The notes beneath the pieces were generated by a model. The model saw nothing but the letters and a program-made list of their open reading frames with translations. It did not search any database and was not told the DNA's origin. Of a DNA stretch of 64,000 bases, positions 59,264-64,000 are shown piece after piece. This DNA comes from a virus (taxonomy: Duplodnaviria; Caudoviricetes), in IMG/VR virus record IMGVR_UViG_3300027804_002812, positions 32,001 to 96,000 of that record; one strand, 5' to 3'. Position 1 is the stretch's first letter; every line of letters begins with the position of its first letter. The translations under genes were made by a program, and so were the position numbers.

Positions 59264-60940
59264 TTATGACTCTTTACGAAGCCCCCTATCGTAATGTTCG
59301 AATCTATCGTGTTCTGTTGGAGTTAGTAGTAATAATCCAGGGTTTAATTCCCCCTTTTTTACAAGTTGATACATGTGAGACATCCAAGTTTGTTCAAATG
59401 GGTGTGCCCACGTTGTATCTAAAAACATTTTTTGATTTCCTGTTCTTGAAACAATTTGAGGCCAGTTACAGTAGTAGACTTCACCTTTGGTGTAAGGTAT
59501 ACCTTTATAAGATAAAACCGCATGGAATTCTGTCTTAGGGGCATTAGGATCTAATCCAATTTCAGGTAGTCTAGGTTTGTCAGGCCAAAATTCGGTTCTT
59601 ATGTGTTGAGGCACATTATACCATGACCACTGAGTACCGTTATCTCCATAAAACTCACTGTAATTTAACTTTAAGAAATCTAAATTTTCTTTTTTAATAA
59701 TTTCTAAAGACTTACTGTATAAGTTAGGGGCATATCTATTGAATCCATTTCTACAAACCTTACCTTCATTTGGATAGAAAAACATATCATCTTCAAAAAA
59801 CAAGTAATAATCCAAATCAGTTTCATTTTGGAAATGTTCTGCTACCCATTGTCTTCCCCCACATATCCCTAAATTATCTTTTTTAATATGTTCAAATCCA
59901 AACTCATTACAAATTTCCAAGTATTCTTCGGTAGTTGACAAATCACTTGAATTGTCTAATAAAAATTTACTAGTTTTGTTGAGATAATCTTTATCGTACG
60001 CTAACATAGAATCAATCAATGTCTTGAATTGTTTTGGACTATTGAATGTGATAACATACAGACCTACTTTGTTTGTATCTAAATTATTTACAACTTGTAC
60101 AGAACTTTCATTTTTTACTTTCAGGGTATCATTTTTTAAGTCTTCGAAGAATTTACCAACTAATCCATTTCCTTCGATTTCAAAATAATTGAATAGGTCT
60201 GAATGTTTATAGCACATGATACTGAATATCGATTCTTCAGTACCCATGTATCCTTCTTCTAAAGTACTTTTTAACAATCCATAATAAATTCCATTAACAT
60301 CACTAATTGTGTGTTTCGGGCCACCAAAAAATCCACCTCGAGCGACTTTAGTTACTTTATTACCGGCAATGGAATTTAACTTGTTATATTCAAATCCATG
60401 AATTTCTCTTTCCGCATCATAAGGGAAACAAATGAATGAAAATTTTGAAATGTATTTAGATAAGTTGTTCAAAACTTTATCGTGAGTAAAATAGCCTGGA
60501 TGCACTGTATTAGTTAATCCACCATCAATCCAAAACATATACTCCGAATTAAATTGGTCCATGATTTTGGCATCATGTAACAAAAACACTTTTGACATGA
60601 CCAAAGGATTATAGTTTTCCAAACGACCTTGTGTAGATTCCTTTAACCACCCCGACAAATTATACCATTCGGGGTTTGTTCTAATTTTTTGAATTAACGG
60701 AAAAAATTCAGAGTTAGTAAACCAACTAAGTGGTCGGGTGATGAATTGAGTATTTTCAGTATTTCTTCTTTCAAACACAAAAGTTTTTAATTCTTCATCT
60801 CCGAACACTATTAGATTTTCTTCAACCTTTAATAGTTGTTCGAATTTATCCAAATAGTGCTGATAAGACCTACTCCAACCTTCAGTTAGTTCTCCACGAC
60901 CAATGTCCCAAATACCTGTGACTAAAGTTATATTACTCAT
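59264..60940 (-). CDS. Two-domain glycosyltransferase: HtrL/YibB-like N-terminus plus GT-A (GT2-like) C-terminus
   Basis: TLVTGIWDIGR, FWIDGG, GGFFGG and GTEESIF motifs; second domain has LLDNS, ICGGR and YLFFEDDM (DXD). Confidence 0.7.
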   Translation of the reverse strand: MSNITLVTGIWDIGRGELTEGWSRSYQHYLDKFEQLLKVEENLIVFGDEELKTFVFERRNTENTQFITRPLSWFTNSEFFPLIQKIRTNPEWYNLSGWLKESTQGRLENYNPLVMSKVFLLHDAKIMDQFNSEYMFWIDGGLTNTVHPGYFTHDKVLNNLSKYISKFSFICFPYDAEREIHGFEYNKLNSIAGNKVTKVARGGFFGGPKHTISDVNGIYYGLLKSTLEEGYMGTEESIFSIMCYKHSDLFNYFEIEGNGLVGKFFEDLKNDTLKVKNESSVQVVNNLDTNKVGLYVITFNSPKQFKTLIDSMLAYDKDYLNKTSKFLLDNSSDLSTTEEYLEICNEFGFEHIKKDNLGICGGRQWVAEHFQNETDLDYYLFFEDDMFFYPNEGKVCRNGFNRYAPNLYSKSLEIIKKENLDFLKLNYSEFYGDNGTQWSWYNVPQHIRTEFWPDKPRLPEIGLDPNAPKTEFHAVLSYKGIPYTKGEVYYCNWPQIVSRTGNQKMFLDTTWAHPFEQTWMSHMYQLVKKGELNPGLLLLTPTEHDRFEHYDRGLRKES

Positions 60941-61814
60941 ATATTTTGTTAAATTCTTCTAATATTTTATAAAAACTTTTATTTTGTTGGAATAATTCTT
61001 CCGACGTTCCTCTTGGAGCATTATCTCTACACCACCAAATATCAAAATGTTTTCTTTCAAAAAGTTCTTTATGATTATAATACATAAGGGTCATTATATG
61101 TTCTTCATGTGGAATACCTTTGTCTTCAGATATAATGTTTTGAATATAGGTTTCAAACAAAGTAACCATTTCGTCCCACTTACTTTTGTGACCACCAAAA
61201 AGCCCTCCAATAATATGTAATCCTCTATCGTATTCTTTATACCATTTTCTGTCTACAGTACCTGACCAAAAGTTTCTATCGTTTTCTTTTCCGATAATTA
61301 AAAACTTATCTTTGGTTTCTTCAATAACATTTTTCAAAAATTCATTATTAAATAAGGAACTTTCATAATATCTTCTAACTAAACCATCGTGAGTCAAATA
61401 TTTTAATGGAATCAAACCGCAATGAGATAAACCAGCGTCAATCCAATAATAATAGTCGTATGATTTATCTTCGTTCCACCACCAATGAAATTTTGAATAT
61501 TGAATTTCTACACATCTATCAGACTTTTTGGTTTCGTCAATATTCTTATATTGATTAATTAAATCTCTGAATTTTGTTTGTGAAATATCAAATGTTTGAA
61601 ATTTTAATTTCTCGGGGGAAATTTGATTTTCTTCATAAAAGAATTTAATTAGTGAATCTAATTCTCTATCTGAAGTGTAACACAAAAAATCTGCGTCTGT
61701 CATCTTTAGTAATGATAACAAACTATATCTATAATGACCTCCCCTGTTTGTTCTTCCACCAAACTCAGTTCCATATAAGTCACTATATATCGAAGTTATA
61801 AATTTAACTGACAT
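60933..61814 (-). CDS. HtrL/YibB (WlaTC)-like glycosyltransferase
   Basis: YYWIDAGL, IGGLFGG and EEHIMTLM motifs; paralogous to the N-domain of the next gene. Confidence 0.65.
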   Translation of the reverse strand: MSVKFITSIYSDLYGTEFGGRTNRGGHYRYSLLSLLKMTDADFLCYTSDRELDSLIKFFYEENQISPEKLKFQTFDISQTKFRDLINQYKNIDETKKSDRCVEIQYSKFHWWWNEDKSYDYYYWIDAGLSHCGLIPLKYLTHDGLVRRYYESSLFNNEFLKNVIEETKDKFLIIGKENDRNFWSGTVDRKWYKEYDRGLHIIGGLFGGHKSKWDEMVTLFETYIQNIISEDKGIPHEEHIMTLMYYNHKELFERKHFDIWWCRDNAPRGTSEELFQQNKSFYKILEEFNKIYE

Positions 61815-62550
61815 AATAAAATTTATGATGTTCGTTTTTATCTTTCATTTCTTGGACTTTATACTGGTCCATAAATTCATTAGGTATTTTTCTTGGTGTC
61901 CACCTGTTCCAATTATATGTTTGCATATACCAATTGTTGTACATACCTTCTGATATGTTTGAGTAATTCGATTTCTGTGGAGCAATTGGTAATATTGGCG
62001 AATAACTTTGATGTTTTTGAACTATAAACTGATAGGTGTAATCGTCTAATGCAAAGTAATATTCTCCACTTGTAGTAAACGCGGTTTGCGAAATATCAAA
62101 AATTTTGTCATAAATTGACTCATCATAAATCACCATGTTAGCACCGTAAATCCCTCTACATTCTGACGGAGCATCAGGAGTATTTGTCATATCAAACAAT
62201 AACTCATACTTGTCACTAACATTGATAGGTCTATTTTGTGTTGGTCCCAAATTAAACATTGCGAACTCCAAATCAGAACAAGTTTCTTCGATTTGTTCCA
62301 ATAAATCTTTCGCGTATGGCATAAACCCGCAATCGTCTTCAATTAACATCACTCTTGGATATTTTCTTTCTTGAGCAATTTTAATAATTTCGAATGTGGA
62401 TTTGGTAATACCCATATATGAGTTTGTATCTATTGCTGAAAACCTTTCAAAATCCCAACCAATGTATTCCATTTCTTTGGTTATTGATTCCATTCTATCA
62501 GGTCTTCTATCCAAGTTTATGACAAACTTTGGTATTTCTGAAAACTTCAT
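61804..62550 (-). CDS. Glycosyltransferase family 25
   Basis: FVINLDRRPDRM...FERFSAID and LIEDD motifs. Confidence 0.8.
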   Translation of the reverse strand: MKFSEIPKFVINLDRRPDRMESITKEMEYIGWDFERFSAIDTNSYMGITKSTFEIIKIAQERKYPRVMLIEDDCGFMPYAKDLLEQIEETCSDLEFAMFNLGPTQNRPINVSDKYELLFDMTNTPDAPSECRGIYGANMVIYDESIYDKIFDISQTAFTTSGEYYFALDDYTYQFIVQKHQSYSPILPIAPQKSNYSNISEGMYNNWYMQTYNWNRWTPRKIPNEFMDQYKVQEMKDKNEHHKFYYVS

Positions 62551-63812
62551 TAACTAACGTGATTGTGATTTAATTGTCCGGTTAATCTATCACACCAACC
62601 TTTAGATTCTGAGTGAGGCCATACCACCCAATATGATGGTAGTACTGTTGTAGGAAATTCTCTCCATACTTTACAGTATTTGTCAGGGTCTTTGAAAAAT
62701 CCATTAATTTCATTTTTGTCGGCATCTTTTCTGAAAATGGTCTCATCATTTGGTCCGTGGAAGGCAACAACCCAAAAATCATAATCCTTTTCAGGAACAC
62801 TTGAATATCCAACATCAATACAATGTTTATAGATAGTTGAGAAACTATTTTTCCATTCTTCCTCATCTTCAATTAGAGGACTTGGTGGATATTTTTTGTC
62901 TATACAATGTTGGTCAACTGCTCTTTTTTCAAATAGTAAACCGGAATATTTTTCATATTCTCTGAGTGTTCTGACTGTACCAAACCCATAAGGTCCGTCA
63001 TGACCTTCTTGAGTTTCACCATCCATACCAAATAGTTTTCTATTTGTTAAGTGAGAATGTTTGTTTTTGTCTCCCCACGTTTTATCGTCGTCCCATTGTT
63101 TGGTTCTACCTTTACGAGTATATTCATGATAGACAACAGGAATGTGTGGGTGGAACAAATCATAACCCCAAGTATATGCTCTTGCCGCAATAGAAATTTC
63201 TTCTCCGTGAAAATAGTATTCTGGGTTGTGTTGTACCTCTGTTGAGAATTGTCCGAGTGTAAAACAGAAGTGAGCAGAATAGAATCTTGCGGTAACAGGT
63301 TTTGTCATCTCTCTCCAACCTGGTATTGTCTCAGGTAAAAAGAATACTGCACCTTCGGGAATGAATCTATCAAATGCCATTCTCCAAGCGTCTTGTGCTC
63401 GACCTGCGGGATCGTTTTCAGGGTCAAATGAAGGAACATAACCTGTTAACAAAGGTTTCTTATATCCATCCTTTTGTAATCCTTTAATCATTTTGATTAA
63501 TACATCATCCCAGTCCTTGATGAATCTCATGTGAGAATCAATTTGAAGTGTGTATGTTTCACCATCATAAAGTTGTTGTGTCAGATTTCTAGCGAAACAA
63601 ACTCCCTTAGATTCCTGATATGGAATATCCAAGATTTTGAATCGTTTATCTTTTCTATACTCATCCAAATTATCGAATCCGTCAGATTCACTATATTGTC
63701 TTGCAATACCGAAAACCAAATTATTTGGTTTTTTTGCATTTGCAATCATGTCTTTAAGGGTTGGAACCAACTGAGGGTCTCTGTAAGAAGCAATCTGAAT
63801 AAAAATTTTCAT
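62550..63812 (-). CDS. GT60-like (Skp1-hydroxyproline type) N-acetylglucosaminyltransferase
   Basis: IFIQIASYRDP, GVCFARN, QIDSHMRF..WD, YSAHFCF, YFHGEEI and DLFHP..VVYHEYTR motifs. Start moved to MKIF at 63812. Confidence 0.78.
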   Translation of the reverse strand: MKIFIQIASYRDPQLVPTLKDMIANAKKPNNLVFGIARQYSESDGFDNLDEYRKDKRFKILDIPYQESKGVCFARNLTQQLYDGETYTLQIDSHMRFIKDWDDVLIKMIKGLQKDGYKKPLLTGYVPSFDPENDPAGRAQDAWRMAFDRFIPEGAVFFLPETIPGWREMTKPVTARFYSAHFCFTLGQFSTEVQHNPEYYFHGEEISIAARAYTWGYDLFHPHIPVVYHEYTRKGRTKQWDDDKTWGDKNKHSHLTNRKLFGMDGETQEGHDGPYGFGTVRTLREYEKYSGLLFEKRAVDQHCIDKKYPPSPLIEDEEEWKNSFSTIYKHCIDVGYSSVPEKDYDFWVVAFHGPNDETIFRKDADKNEINGFFKDPDKYCKVWREFPTTVLPSYWVVWPHSESKGWCDRLTGQLNHNHVS

Positions 63813-63835
63813 TTGATTTATATTTTTACTATAAA

Positions 63836-63866
63836 ATAAAAAAACCCTCCGATAAGTGGAGGGTTT
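63836..63866 (-). terminator. Intrinsic terminator upstream of the glycosyltransferase cluster
   Basis: AAACCCTCC-7 nt loop-GGAGGGTTT followed by a U-rich run on the minus strand. Confidence 0.75.
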
Positions 63867-63890
63867 CAAGCGTATAATTATGAATTATTT

Positions 63891-64000
63891 TTAATCTGTA
63901 ATTGTTACTACAAGGGAATCCGATGCCTGTAATGGCACCGCACTTAGAGTCGTACTTATGTTTACTGGAGGAGATATCGGTGTTGGGCCAGATATTGTTA
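63891..64000 (-). CDS. 3' end of an upstream gene with Ser/Thr/Pro-rich C-terminus (partial); absent from the ORF track
   Basis: ...TISGPTPISPPVNISTTLSAVPLQASDSLVVTITD* with the stop at 63891-63893. Confidence 0.6.
   Translation of the reverse strand, partial: TISGPTPISPPVNISTTLSAVPLQASDSLVVTITD

Noticed and set aside
844-63839. Remaining short ORFs in the track nested in or antisense to long genes (e.g. 8460-8714, 19404-19823, 23337-23714, 57593-57964, 51947-52207)
   Set aside because: Fully overlap well-supported genes, have shadow-type composition and show no motifs.
62550-63869. Track start codons at 63869, 23399, 18002 and 1137
   Set aside because: These upstream extensions run through terminators or neighbouring genes; downstream ATGs (63812, 23321, 17957, 1128) fit conserved N-termini, gene coupling or the upstream box.
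1-64000. Alternative genetic code (stop-codon reassignment)
   Set aside because: Conserved genes read full length under code 11, and TAA, TAG and TGA all appear as true stops, often in coupled overlaps.

Overview
A 64 kb, AT-rich segment of a large T4-like (contractile-tailed) dsDNA phage genome, most likely infecting a Bacteroidota host. Host evidence: TTTG-N19-TAnnTTTG promoters, no obvious Shine-Dalgarno motifs, and SprB-type and CarboxypepD_reg-type domains. Nearly all genes are on the minus strand. Reading in transcription order (right to left): four glycosyltransferases, a family B DNA polymerase, a plus-strand block (SNF2 helicase, RHH+HNH cassette, SOD fusion, neck protein), head-closure and tail-completion genes, sheath, HAD enzyme, tube, chaperone pair, tape measure, tube-initiator, gp53-like and giant hub proteins, an embedded replication block (gp32-like SSB, UvsX/RecA, 5'-3' exonuclease, DnaB-like helicase, NrdB, NrdA), gp25 and gp6 wedge proteins, large Cys-rich baseplate/fibre proteins, and a Gly-X-Y Ser/Thr-repeat fibre. 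Six real-looking ORFs are missing from the supplied track. No tRNA, rRNA, CRISPR array, intron or intein was seen. All functional calls come from motifs read by eye, not from database searches.
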